DNA of 64,000 bases, taken from contig CP065018.1 of NCBI GenBank assembly GCA_016700415.1, positions 2,869,284-2,933,283 on the forward strand, in the 5' to 3' direction. A program made the position numbers and the translations under genes. This document shows, one piece after another, positions 37,769-46,874 of the stretch. The notes below the pieces were generated by a model. It searched no databases. It saw nothing but the letters and a program-made list of their open reading frames with translations, and was not told the DNA's origin. The number at the start of each line of letters is the position of its first letter. The first letter of the stretch is position 1. Origin of the DNA: Flavobacteriales bacterium (GTDB lineage Bacteria; Bacteroidota; Bacteroidia; Flavobacteriales_F; PHOS-HE28).

Positions 37769-39721
37769 ATGCGCCGTTCCTCCCTTTTCCCTAAAAAGCT
37801 CCGTGTGATCACGGGGCTGGGCGTCTTGGTGCTGTTGCTCGTAGGCTGGTCCGCTGCGACCACCCCCGTGAAGGGCCCGCACAGCCCGTTGGAGCTGTCC
37901 ATTCTCCGCGAACAGATCCAAGGGCTCGATGTGCAATTCGGCACTTATTTCGTCACGGCGGGGCGCTGCTCCGGTTGCCATGGGCACGATTCGCTGGGCA
38001 TCGCCATGGTGGCCGGGGAGGGCGAGGATGTGAACGTGACCGACGACTGGCGCAGCAGCATGATGGCGAACAGCGCGCGCGACCCCTTCTTCTTAGCCAA
38101 GGTCGAGCACGAGGGCCTGGTATACCCCGGGCACAAGGAGGCGATCGAGCACAACTGCATGAAGTGCCATGCTCCGTTAGCGGTCTTTGAGCAGAAGATG
38201 CTGGGCAACCCGCCCTTCACCCTGGCACAGTACGATACGAGCGTGATGGCACAGGACGGGGTCTCCTGCTTGGCCTGCCACATGCAGAACCCGGATTCGG
38301 CGGGGCGCTTCTTTTCCGGGGATCTGCATTTCGACAGCGCACGTGTCTGGGGGCCGTACACCCAGGACCAGATCAACCCGGACATCATGCAGTACTTCGT
38401 GGGCTTTACGCCGGACCAAGGTTCGCACATCCTCGACGGCCGTGTCTGTGCCGGATGTCACACGGCGATCAACAGGACCTTGGACCTCGAAGGCAACTTT
38501 ACGGGAGGGTATTTCTACGAGCAGACCATGTGGCAGGAATACGAGAATTCGATCTACTTCGGAACAGAGCAGAACTGCCGCAGCTGCCACATGCCACGGA
38601 TCCAGGACTCCATCGTGCTGGCATCGGAGTACATCTTCCTGAGCGGCCAATCGCCCTTCGGCAAACACCACCTCGCGGGCGGCGGCAATTTCATGTTGAA
38701 GCTGATGAAGAGCCACATCAGCACACTGGGCATCCCGGCCACGACCGCCCAGTTCGACAGTACCATCGCACGCACCCAGTACCAGCTGGAACATGCCTTG
38801 GAACTGCATACGGAGGTCGCGGAACGCACGGACGACACCGTCTTCGTGGACGTACACCTCACCAACATCATCGGCCACAAGATCCCCAGCGGTTTCCCGA
38901 ACCGGCGTGCGTTCGTGCAAGTGATCGCGCTCACCGCCACCGGCGACACCCTCTTCCAAAGCGGCCGATGGGACGGGACCTACGAGGTGTACGGGCACGA
39001 CGCGGACTATGAGCCGCACCACGATGTGATCACCCAGGGCGACCAAGTGCAGATCTATGAGTTCGTGATGGGGGACGTGAACGGTGATGTGACCCGTGTC
39101 CTCAATCGCGCGGCGATACGGGTGAAGGACAACCGCCTTGTGCCGATCGGCTACAGCACTTCACATTTCAGCTATGACACCACGGCGATCGCGGGCCGGG
39201 CATTGACCGACCCGGACTTCAACCACGATGCCGGCGGTGTGGAGGGCAATGGCGGCGATATCGTCCATTACCACATCGCGACCAACGGATACGCGGGGGC
39301 GGTGCATGTGACGACGAAAGTGTTCTACCAGCAGGTGCCGCCCTTGTGGAATTCGGAGATGTTCAACCTCCACGGACCGCGGATCGACACGTTCCGCACG
39401 ATGTATGACAATGCCGATGGCACCCCGGACCTGATGGCGACGGATTCGCTGACGGATATCGGAACGGGTATCCACGCTGCACGGTACATCGCCGCACAGG
39501 TTTTCCCGAATCCCACGCGCGACGGCTTCGTGCTGATCACCATGCCGGAGACCACCAAGGTCATCGCCTACGATGCCGGGGGCAAGCGTGTGCCGCTGAG
39601 AACATCGCGACACGGCGATGGCTGGCGTTGCGAACTTCCTGAGCAGGTCGGCGTGTATCACTTGGTGATCACGACACCGCAGGGTGATCGCATGGTACGT
39701 GTGGTGCGGACCGCGCCATGA
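37769..39721 (+). CDS. secreted pentaheme c-type cytochrome with a T9SS C-terminal sorting domain
   Basis: Signal peptide/anchor MRRSSLFPKKLRVITGLGVLVLLLVGWSAA. Five CxxCH motifs (CSGCH, CMKCH, CLACH, CAGCH, CRSCH). The terminal ~75 aa, VFPNPTRDGFVLI...GVYHLVITTPQGDRMVRVV, match the type-A T9SS CTD. Confidence 0.8.
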   Translation: MRRSSLFPKKLRVITGLGVLVLLLVGWSAATTPVKGPHSPLELSILREQIQGLDVQFGTYFVTAGRCSGCHGHDSLGIAMVAGEGEDVNVTDDWRSSMMANSARDPFFLAKVEHEGLVYPGHKEAIEHNCMKCHAPLAVFEQKMLGNPPFTLAQYDTSVMAQDGVSCLACHMQNPDSAGRFFSGDLHFDSARVWGPYTQDQINPDIMQYFVGFTPDQGSHILDGRVCAGCHTAINRTLDLEGNFTGGYFYEQTMWQEYENSIYFGTEQNCRSCHMPRIQDSIVLASEYIFLSGQSPFGKHHLAGGGNFMLKLMKSHISTLGIPATTAQFDSTIARTQYQLEHALELHTEVAERTDDTVFVDVHLTNIIGHKIPSGFPNRRAFVQVIALTATGDTLFQSGRWDGTYEVYGHDADYEPHHDVITQGDQVQIYEFVMGDVNGDVTRVLNRAAIRVKDNRLVPIGYSTSHFSYDTTAIAGRALTDPDFNHDAGGVEGNGGDIVHYHIATNGYAGAVHVTTKVFYQQVPPLWNSEMFNLHGPRIDTFRTMYDNADGTPDLMATDSLTDIGTGIHAARYIAAQVFPNPTRDGFVLITMPETTKVIAYDAGGKRVPLRTSRHGDGWRCELPEQVGVYHLVITTPQGDRMVRVVRTAP

Positions 39722-39836
39722 TGCCGACCACGATCGCTTCCATCAGCACTCCGCTCAAACTCATGCGGGTCATTGGGTGTTCCACTGAAAGGCAGAGCCT
39801 CTTGTTCCCCTATCTTTACAGCACAAGGCCATACCC

Positions 39837-40043
39837 ATGAAAGAGATCATTTTTCTGGTTGAGGAATCCCCCGAAGGCGGTTTGGAGGCCAAGGCATTGG
39901 ACCATTCAATTTTCACCGATGGTGCGGACCTTAAGGAGTTGGAGGCAAATGTCCGCGATGCCTTGATCTGCCATTTTGAGGACAGCGAGCGCCCGAAGGT
40001 GGTGCGCTTACACATGGTGAAGGAAGTGGTGTTCGCTGCATGA
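39837..40043 (+). CDS. hicB: HicB-family antitoxin (UPF0150)
   Basis: 68 aa, RNase-H-like HicB N-domain pattern (IIFLVEESPEGGLEAKALDHSIFTDGADLKELEANVRDAL). Overlaps hicA by 4 nt. Confidence 0.65.
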   Translation: MKEIIFLVEESPEGGLEAKALDHSIFTDGADLKELEANVRDALICHFEDSERPKVVRLHMVKEVVFAA

Positions 40044-40288
40044 GGATTCCACGCGACCTCGACGGTAGGGAGTTGATCGCCGCCCTTGGGAAACTGGGTT
40101 ATGAGGTCACTCGACAGAGCGGCAGCCATATTCGTTTGACGACCTCCCGCAACGGTGTCCATCACATCACTATCCCGGAACACCGCCCACTGAAGGTGGG
40201 GACATTGTCCGCAATATTGCGTGATGTCGCCGTCCATCATAGCCTGAGCAGGGATGCTCTGATGGCCTCGCTCTTCAGTAAGACCTGA
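40040..40288 (+). CDS. hicA: HicA-family mRNA interferase toxin
   Basis: YcfA/HicA motif ...GSHIRL... with a conserved His, dsRBD-like size (82 aa). Confidence 0.72.
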   Translation: MRIPRDLDGRELIAALGKLGYEVTRQSGSHIRLTTSRNGVHHITIPEHRPLKVGTLSAILRDVAVHHSLSRDALMASLFSKT

Positions 40289-40352
40289 ATGTGAACCGGC
40301 AATTGCGGGAGCGATGACCTCGATCCGTAAGGCTGACCCCGGTTCTTCTTCC

Positions 40353-41153
40353 ATGACATCGCCCACCACGCTCGCTTCCATCCACATCTACCCGGTCAAA
40401 TCCTTAGGTGGATTTTCTGTTCCGGACATACGCTTGACGGACAGAGGTTTGGAGCACGATCGCCGCTGGATGCTGATCGATCCCGATGGCCGGTTCCTGT
40501 CGCAACGGGAATGCCAGGCCATGGCATGCCTGCATTGCGCAGCGCACGGTAACGGGTTCCGTGTCACCGATGTGCGGAATGGGAATACGGTCGATGTACC
40601 GTGGTCTCTTCAGGAGGCGGAACGCGTCAAGGCCAAAGTCTGGGACGATGATGTAGACCTGATGCTCGGCCCTGCTTTCATGCATCAATGGTTCAGCGAA
40701 ACCCTGCAACGCCCGGTGCGACTGGCCTACATGCCAGACAGTACGGTGCGCACCACGGACCCGACCTACGCCGATGTCCCCGTGGCGCTCAACGACGGTT
40801 ATCCGTCCCTGATCATTTCGCAAGCCTCGTTGGACGACCTCAATGCGCGGCTGGGAACACCGGTGCGGATGGACCGCTTTCGCCCCAACTTCGTAATTAC
40901 AGGCGGCGCGCCGTTCCAAGAGGATGATTGGAAAACCATCATCATCGGCGAGACGCACTTCAACATCGTGAAACCCTGCGCGCGTTGCGTCATCATCACC
41001 ACGGACCAGCGAACGGGCGAGCGCTCGAAAGAGCCCTTGCGAACGTTGGCCACCTTTCGCTCCGTGGGGAACAAGGTGCGTTTTGGGATGAATGCGACAT
41101 TTGCTGAAATGGGGACGATCCATGTCGGTGTCCCCGTGCAGGTGAACGCATGA
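40353..41153 (+). CDS. MOSC domain-containing protein (YcbX-like, Moco-dependent)
   Basis: MOSC N-terminal beta-barrel (IHIYPVKSLGG) and MOSC domain with the conserved cysteine (VKPCARCVIITTDQRTGER). Confidence 0.8.
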   Translation: MTSPTTLASIHIYPVKSLGGFSVPDIRLTDRGLEHDRRWMLIDPDGRFLSQRECQAMACLHCAAHGNGFRVTDVRNGNTVDVPWSLQEAERVKAKVWDDDVDLMLGPAFMHQWFSETLQRPVRLAYMPDSTVRTTDPTYADVPVALNDGYPSLIISQASLDDLNARLGTPVRMDRFRPNFVITGGAPFQEDDWKTIIIGETHFNIVKPCARCVIITTDQRTGERSKEPLRTLATFRSVGNKVRFGMNATFAEMGTIHVGVPVQVNA

Positions 41154-41938
41154 TCCACGCGATACTCAACGATAAGGCCACGCGCCTCTATATCATCCTC
41201 GGCTCCTTCTTTGTGGCCAGCGCCATCGTCGCGGAGATGATCGGTGTGAAACTCTTCCAGTTGGAGACCGCGCTTGGCATCGACAAGGCGGATTTCACCT
41301 TGTTGGGCCAGCATCATTTGTCCTTCGTGCTCAGCGTGGGCGTGCTGCCGTGGCCCATCATCTTCATCATGACCGATGTGATCAACGATTACTTCGGTGT
41401 GCGCGGCGTACGCTTCCTCACCTTGATCACTGCGGGATTGATCGCCTTCACGTATGTCCTGATGTGGTTCGCCATCCACATGCCCCCGGACCTCGGCTGG
41501 TGGATGACGAGTAGCGCAGGTCAAGGCGTACCGGACATGCAGGCGGCGTTCAAGAGCATCTTCGGGCAGGGCAACAACATCATCATCGGTTCACTTACGG
41601 CTTTCATCATCGGGCAGCTTGTGGACGCGAGCATCTTCCGCAGGCTCAAGCGCATCACTGGTGACAGGCGCATTTGGCTGCGCGCCACCGGCAGCACGCT
41701 CATCAGCCAGCTCATCGACAGCGTTGTGGTGACCTACGTGGCGTTCTGGCTCTTCAAGGGCATGCCTTTCGCGCAATGCACCGCGTTGGTGATCACGGCA
41801 TACAGCTATAAATTCGTCGTTGCCCTTTTGTCCACTCCGGTGATCTACCTCGTTCATGCGAGCGTGGAGCGCTATGTGGGGAAGGAACGCGCGCACGCCA
41901 TGCGGGAGGCCGCGATGGTGCTGAGGGCCGACCAGTGA
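41150..41938 (+). CDS. yhhQ: queuosine-precursor transporter (YhhQ/DUF165, VUT family)
   Basis: Six TM helices with a VUT-family conserved tract (IIGSLTAFIIGQLVDASIF...LISQLIDSVVVTYVAF). ATGA overlap with the MOSC gene stop. Confidence 0.65.
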   Translation: MIHAILNDKATRLYIILGSFFVASAIVAEMIGVKLFQLETALGIDKADFTLLGQHHLSFVLSVGVLPWPIIFIMTDVINDYFGVRGVRFLTLITAGLIAFTYVLMWFAIHMPPDLGWWMTSSAGQGVPDMQAAFKSIFGQGNNIIIGSLTAFIIGQLVDASIFRRLKRITGDRRIWLRATGSTLISQLIDSVVVTYVAFWLFKGMPFAQCTALVITAYSYKFVVALLSTPVIYLVHASVERYVGKERAHAMREAAMVLRADQ

Positions 41939-41942
41939 ACCG

Positions 41943-42923
41943 CTATTCGGCGGGTGACCAGTACTCCACCTTCGTTGCCACGGCGGGTACCGTGCGTAGG
42001 TGGTCGTAGATCGCGCCTAGGTCCTGCTCGGTCATGCCGGCGTACATCATCCAAGGCATCACTGTTTGGAAGTCTCCTGCTTTCCAGTCGATCGGGGCAG
42101 GCACGTAGCTGCTGTCCGCGAACTGCTTGAACTTGCGGATGAAGGTCGCCTTGTCCCATTCGCCGATGCCGTTCACCGGATCCGGTGTGATATTGGAGGA
42201 GCGTAAGGTGGCGCCGTTCGGGAAGCGGAACTCGAATCCGCCGGCGAAGGGCTCGCCCACCATCTTGCCCTTTTCCTGCTTGGTGTGGCATTCGCGGCAG
42301 CCTGCGGCATTGGTGATGTACGCGCCGTACCCCGGGTCCGTGAGCTTTGGCAGCGGCACGGGGTGCGCCGGTTCCGGGATGGTGTGCAGAATGATGTTCA
42401 TCGGGAAGTCCGCCTTGGAATCCCCGGGGTGGCTCTCGATGGACGGCAACGAACGCACATAGGCAATGATGCTGTACACGTCCTCCGTCGCCAGTTTGCT
42501 GTAGTAGAGATAGGGCATCACCGGGAAGAAGGCGCGGCCATCCTTATCCACCCCACTGGTGATCGCACGGTATATCTCCCCGTCGCTCCAGCCCTTCAGG
42601 TTGAACGGGGTGATGTTCTTTGCCACGAAACTACCGGGGAAACCCATGGTCTGGTCGAACATCTCGCCTCCCTTCCCCAGCGTGCCGGGCTCCGGTGGTG
42701 CGGCGAATTTGTTCCAGTCGCGGGTGCTGTGGCAGTCCATGCAGACCGCTACATGGTTGGCTAAGTATTCCCCCCGGGCCAAGCGCTCCGGTGTTAGCTC
42801 CACATGCAGGTCTTTAGGCACCGGAATGTCCGGAAGGGCCTGTGTGATGTAGGTGAGGCCACCGATGATGATGAGCACCAGCACGGCCAACAGAATGCCG
42901 ATGACCTTCAGGAACTTTTTCAT
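41943..42923 (-). CDS. membrane-anchored dihaem c-type cytochrome
   Basis: N-terminal TM anchor, two CxxCH motifs (CMDCH, CRECH), ~326 aa. Confidence 0.8.
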   Translation of the reverse strand: MKKFLKVIGILLAVLVLIIIGGLTYITQALPDIPVPKDLHVELTPERLARGEYLANHVAVCMDCHSTRDWNKFAAPPEPGTLGKGGEMFDQTMGFPGSFVAKNITPFNLKGWSDGEIYRAITSGVDKDGRAFFPVMPYLYYSKLATEDVYSIIAYVRSLPSIESHPGDSKADFPMNIILHTIPEPAHPVPLPKLTDPGYGAYITNAAGCRECHTKQEKGKMVGEPFAGGFEFRFPNGATLRSSNITPDPVNGIGEWDKATFIRKFKQFADSSYVPAPIDWKAGDFQTVMPWMMYAGMTEQDLGAIYDHLRTVPAVATKVEYWSPAE

Positions 42924-43010
42924 GTTATTGTGGTTTGCGAAGCGAAAACTAATTTCAGCGAGAGCGGAAATGCAACTGTCGAGGTGGTTGTGTCGCAATT
43001 TTGCAGTGTC

Positions 43011-43178
43011 ATGGCGAAGAAGCGCATCACCAAGAAAGAGCTCCTACAGATCGAGCAAGCCGCCGTGCGTGAAGAGCGCAAGGAGCAAGGGGCGCTGGAC
43101 GGGCGCTTCCGGGAGAAGGTGGAGAAAAGCAAGAAGTCCTATACGCGCACGACCAAGCACAAGAAGAAGGGGCCGTGA
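43011..43178 (+). CDS. small highly basic hypothetical protein (55 aa)
   Basis: MAKKRITKKELLQIEQAAVREERKEQ...KHKKKGP. Sits in the 300-bp gap between two minus-strand genes. Confidence 0.3.
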   Translation: MAKKRITKKELLQIEQAAVREERKEQGALDGRFREKVEKSKKSYTRTTKHKKKGP

Positions 43179-43223
43179 GCACTTATACCGCCTTGCGGGG
43201 TGCCTTGATCACAAAGGAATGAT

Positions 43224-43622
43224 CTATTTGAGCGTAGTGCCGACCGCGCCGTACCACGGATGGATCTCATACTTCAACCGGCCGGCCTTCACGAACGGGT
43301 CCATCCGGAGGTAGCCTTCGACCTCCTCACGGGAATCGCAATCGTAAAGCAGCAACCCTCGCCAGTCGCCATCATCACCGAATGGCCCTGCCATTTGTAT
43401 CAAGCCCCGTTCCGCCTGCTCTTCCTGATGTTCCAAATGCTGTTTCAGCGTGAGCGCGGAAGTGGCACTGTCCAATGGCGGCGCATCGCCGCTAGTGTAC
43501 AGCACGAACCAGTACTGTTTCATGTGGTAGGTGCTGTCGGCGATCGTCACATCGAAGGTGCGTTGTGCATAGGAAGCGCAGCTAAGGAGCAACGATAGGA
43601 GGATGCTTGCCGTTAAGCGCAT
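43224..43622 (-). CDS. secreted YciI-like (Dabb/stress-responsive alpha+beta barrel) domain protein
   Basis: Signal peptide MRLTASILLSLLLSCASYAQ. The C-terminal tract ...MAGPFGDDGDWRGLLLYDCDSREEVEGYLRMDPFVKAGRL... resembles the YciI family. Confidence 0.55.
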   Translation of the reverse strand: MRLTASILLSLLLSCASYAQRTFDVTIADSTYHMKQYWFVLYTSGDAPPLDSATSALTLKQHLEHQEEQAERGLIQMAGPFGDDGDWRGLLLYDCDSREEVEGYLRMDPFVKAGRLKYEIHPWYGAVGTTLK

Positions 43623-43894
43623 GTCAGGGTCGTTCGGTCAAATGTCCCAATGTGGTGAAGTGTGGTAAAAGTAATCGCGACACATCAAGGTGCCTCTTTG
43701 GCGTGGGGGGATGTGGAGGTCTATTGGCCGGGTCGGACCTGCCCCTGTCCAATGGACTTGCCGATCCACCTTCCGTGATCAACCAACATTTCGGACTGAA
43801 CGCAGTGGTGAACGCATCTGCCCACTTCTTCCAACTTCGCGGTTGGCGCATATTGGGATAAGTAAATGGCCGCACAAAACGCGACCTTTGCACC

Positions 43895-44989
43895 ATGAAC
43901 GCCAAGCCCATCGACCTTCGTGAACTTTCCAAGGAGGAGGTCATAGCCCTCGTTGCCGAGCTGGGCGAGAAGCCTTACCGCGCCGCGCAGGTGTGGGAGT
44001 GGTTGTGGAAGACGCATGCGCCCTCGATCGAGGCGATGAGCAATCTTTCCAAAGACTTCCGGGCGAAGTTGGCCGAGCGAGCCGTATTGCGCCCACTGGT
44101 GATCGCCGAGCAGCAGAAGAGCGACGACGGCACCATCAAATGTGCTTTCCGCACATGGGACGGCCACATCGTGGAAGGTGTGCTGATCCCCACGGAAAAG
44201 CGCATCACAGCCTGCGTCAGCTCGCAGATCGGGTGCAGCCTGGATTGTGACTTCTGCGCCACGGGCAGGCTGAAGCGTGTGCGCAACCTGAGCGCAGGCG
44301 AGATCGTGGACCAAGTGGTGCAGATCGCACGCTTGGCCGAGGAGCATCTCAAGCGCCCGCTCACCAACATCGTGTACATGGGCATGGGCGAGCCGCTGCT
44401 GAACTATACCAACACCATGCGCAGCGCCGAGCGCATCAACGCGGAGGACGGCCTGGGCATGAGCTACCGCCGGATCACGGTGAGCACTGCGGGCCTCGCC
44501 AAGCAGATCCGCGAACTCGGTGATGACGGGGCCAAGTTCAATCTCGCCCTTTCGTTGCACGCCGCCACTGATGAGAAGCGCAGTAGCCTGATGCCGATCA
44601 ACGACACCAACAACCTGGAGGAGCTGCTTTCCGCGCTGCGCCACTACACGCGCCTCACACGCAAGGACATCACGTTCGAGTACATCCTCTTCCGGGACTT
44701 CAACGACTCGCTTGAGGACGCGCGTGATCTGGTGCGCCTCTGCAGCAAAGTGGACGCCAAGGTGAACCTGATCGAGTACAACGCCACCGATGACGGGCGT
44801 TTCCAGCGCACACCGATCGAGCAGGCCTTGAAGTTCCAGAACTATTTGGAGAGCAAGGGCATCACGACGCGCATCCGCCGCAGTCGCGGTCGTGACATCG
44901 ACGCGGCCTGCGGACAGTTGGCCAACAAGAACGAGCCGGCGGTGAAGGGCGGGGAACGGGTGATGAAGTCGGCGGTTACAAAGGATTAG
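43895..44989 (+). CDS. rlmN: 23S rRNA (adenine2503-C2)-methyltransferase / tRNA m2A37 methyltransferase
   Basis: Radical-SAM CSLDCDFCATG cluster, and conserved RlmN N-terminal (YRAAQVWEWL) and C-terminal Cys motifs. Confidence 0.9.
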   Translation: MNAKPIDLRELSKEEVIALVAELGEKPYRAAQVWEWLWKTHAPSIEAMSNLSKDFRAKLAERAVLRPLVIAEQQKSDDGTIKCAFRTWDGHIVEGVLIPTEKRITACVSSQIGCSLDCDFCATGRLKRVRNLSAGEIVDQVVQIARLAEEHLKRPLTNIVYMGMGEPLLNYTNTMRSAERINAEDGLGMSYRRITVSTAGLAKQIRELGDDGAKFNLALSLHAATDEKRSSLMPINDTNNLEELLSALRHYTRLTRKDITFEYILFRDFNDSLEDARDLVRLCSKVDAKVNLIEYNATDDGRFQRTPIEQALKFQNYLESKGITTRIRRSRGRDIDAACGQLANKNEPAVKGGERVMKSAVTKD

Positions 44990-45029
44990 CTGATGGGTGC
45001 TCCGGTTGGAACCATCAGATGATCGTCAC
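44983..45029 (+). repeat. conserved 3'-end hairpin motif, copy B (includes the rlmN TAG stop)
   Basis: ggattagctgatgggtgctccggttggaaccatcagatgatcgtcac. A 7-bp inverted repeat ctgatgg/ccatcag. It shares the GGATTAGCTGAT...CCATCAG(C/A)T(A/G)ATCGTCAC framework with 11761-11806. Confidence 0.4.
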
Positions 45030-45046
45030 TTAAGCTGTTCAACTGT

Positions 45047-45763
45047 TCAAAAGCCGTAGCCGATCTTCACGCCGAGGAACACCGCCAATACGTTATCGTG
45101 GGTCTCCTCCACGGAGTAACTCCAGCGGCGGTCGGCTAGGTCCAGCCGCTCATCCACCAAGGTGAGCGAGCGGTTCCGGAAACCTAGGCCGCAGTATGCG
45201 TCGAAAAGCCAATTGTTGGTGCTGGCCAAGCGCTGGTAGCCAAAGTAGAGGCGGACATCGTTGTACAGCCGTTGGTCGCGCAGGGTCTCATCCGTGAAAT
45301 GCCCGGAGCTGTCCTTCTTGGAGATGTCTTTGCTATGATCCAAGTAAGCGAACTCGCCTTGGACGTAAATGCCCTGTGGTTCAATGTCATCCGTGAGGTA
45401 CCAGCGGAGGCCCACATGGAACGACGGCTTGGCGATGATCTTCGTTCCAGCGCTGAAATCATCCGCCTTGTCACCGGTGAAGCCGCCGCCTAAATAATTC
45501 CGGAAGGTGACGCCAACGGCGATCTCGGCGCTGAGCCGGTGGGAGAGGGCACGCTCGTAATACAGGGGGATCTCACCGCGCAAGAACAACAACGGGTTGA
45601 TCTTGAGGACGTTCTTCACGCAGTTTACCGTATCCCATTGGGCGGCCAGCCGGTCCTTGTACAGCAACACTTTCGTGGTCTTTCCGCCGGTCTGGGCCAT
45701 CACACCGCCCCCGGAACAGGCCAAGGCGAATGCCAAAAACAAGGGTAGAACACGGCGCGTCAT
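45047..45763 (-). CDS. putative outer-membrane beta-barrel protein (DUF3575-like)
   Basis: Internal ATG at 45763 gives the signal peptide MTRRVLPLFLAFALACSG. Alternating hydrophobic beta-strand pattern and a C-terminal aromatic residue (...KIGYGF). Confidence 0.55.
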   Translation of the reverse strand: MTRRVLPLFLAFALACSGGGVMAQTGGKTTKVLLYKDRLAAQWDTVNCVKNVLKINPLLFLRGEIPLYYERALSHRLSAEIAVGVTFRNYLGGGFTGDKADDFSAGTKIIAKPSFHVGLRWYLTDDIEPQGIYVQGEFAYLDHSKDISKKDSSGHFTDETLRDQRLYNDVRLYFGYQRLASTNNWLFDAYCGLGFRNRSLTLVDERLDLADRRWSYSVEETHDNVLAVFLGVKIGYGF

Positions 45764-45863
45764 GTGCCGAATGTACGGGGCGGAGCGTTCTCCCGGACCG
45801 GTCCTGACCTTCCGGGGCGGAATTCCCGGCGGCTCTTCGCCCGTGCCTGCCCATCTTTGCGGG

Positions 45864-46874
45864 ATGAACGCCGCATCCCCTGTGCGCGAAGTCGCGGTCC
45901 CGCTTTCCATGGCGGAGATCCGCGGTCCGGTGGCCGCCGAGATGGACCTCTTCGAGGGGCGCTTCCGCGAGGCCATGCGCAGCAAGGTCGCTTTGCTGGA
46001 CCGGGTGATGCACTACATCGTGCAGCGGAAGGGCAAGCAGATGCGGCCACTGTTCACCTTGCTGAGCGCCCGGCAATTCGGGCCGATCAACGAGGCGGGC
46101 TATACTGCGGCCTCGCTGATCGAGCTTTTGCACACCGCCACATTGGTGCATGACGACGTGGTGGACGACAGCAACATGCGGCGGGGCTTCTTCAGCATCA
46201 ATGCGCTGTGGAAGAACAAGATCGCCGTGCTCGTGGGCGACTACCTGTTGAGCAAAGGGCTTCTGCTGGCGGTGGAGAAGGAACAGTTCGAACTGCTCCG
46301 CATCGTGAGCACCGCTGTGCGCGAGATGAGCGAAGGCGAGTTGCTTCAGCTGGAAAAGGCGAGGGGGCTCAACTTCAAGGAGGACGTGTATTTCGACATC
46401 ATCCGGAAGAAGACCGCCAGCCTTATCGCAGCCTGCTGTGCCAGCGGCGCCCATGCCGGCGGGGCCAGTGTGCAGGAGACCGCCCTGATGCACCGCTTCG
46501 GAGAACATGCCGGCACGGCTTTCCAGATCAAGGACGACCTGTTCGACTACGGGGCCGGGCAGGACGTGGGGAAACCCACCGGCATCGACATCAAGGAGGG
46601 TAAGCTCACATTGCCGTTGATCTTTGCACTGCAACACGTGGACGCCAAGGACCGCCGATGGATGGTGCGCACCGTGAAGCACGAAAGCACCGACAACAAG
46701 GCCGTGGCCCGCTTGGTGGCCAAGGTGGTGGAGGTCGGCGGCATCGCCCATGCCCGCGGACGGATGTATGAACAGCGCGATCAGGCACTCGCAATTCTGC
46801 ATCAATTGCCCGCCACCGATGCACGTTATTCCCTGGAGGGCCTGTTGGAAATGACCGTGGAACGGAACAAATGA
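45864..46874 (+). CDS. ispB: polyprenyl (octaprenyl/solanesyl) diphosphate synthase
   Basis: FARM motif LVHDDVVDDSNMRRG and SARM motif GTAFQIKDDLFD. An alternative start is at 45909. Confidence 0.85.
   Translation: MNAASPVREVAVPLSMAEIRGPVAAEMDLFEGRFREAMRSKVALLDRVMHYIVQRKGKQMRPLFTLLSARQFGPINEAGYTAASLIELLHTATLVHDDVVDDSNMRRGFFSINALWKNKIAVLVGDYLLSKGLLLAVEKEQFELLRIVSTAVREMSEGELLQLEKARGLNFKEDVYFDIIRKKTASLIAACCASGAHAGGASVQETALMHRFGEHAGTAFQIKDDLFDYGAGQDVGKPTGIDIKEGKLTLPLIFALQHVDAKDRRWMVRTVKHESTDNKAVARLVAKVVEVGGIAHARGRMYEQRDQALAILHQLPATDARYSLEGLLEMTVERNK

Noticed and set aside
43721-44644. 307-aa reverse-strand ORF
   Set aside because: Fully antisense to rlmN, whose radical-SAM motifs are unambiguous. 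No motifs of its own.
45573-46805. 410-aa reverse-strand ORF
   Set aside because: Antisense to ispB, which has clear FARM/SARM motifs.
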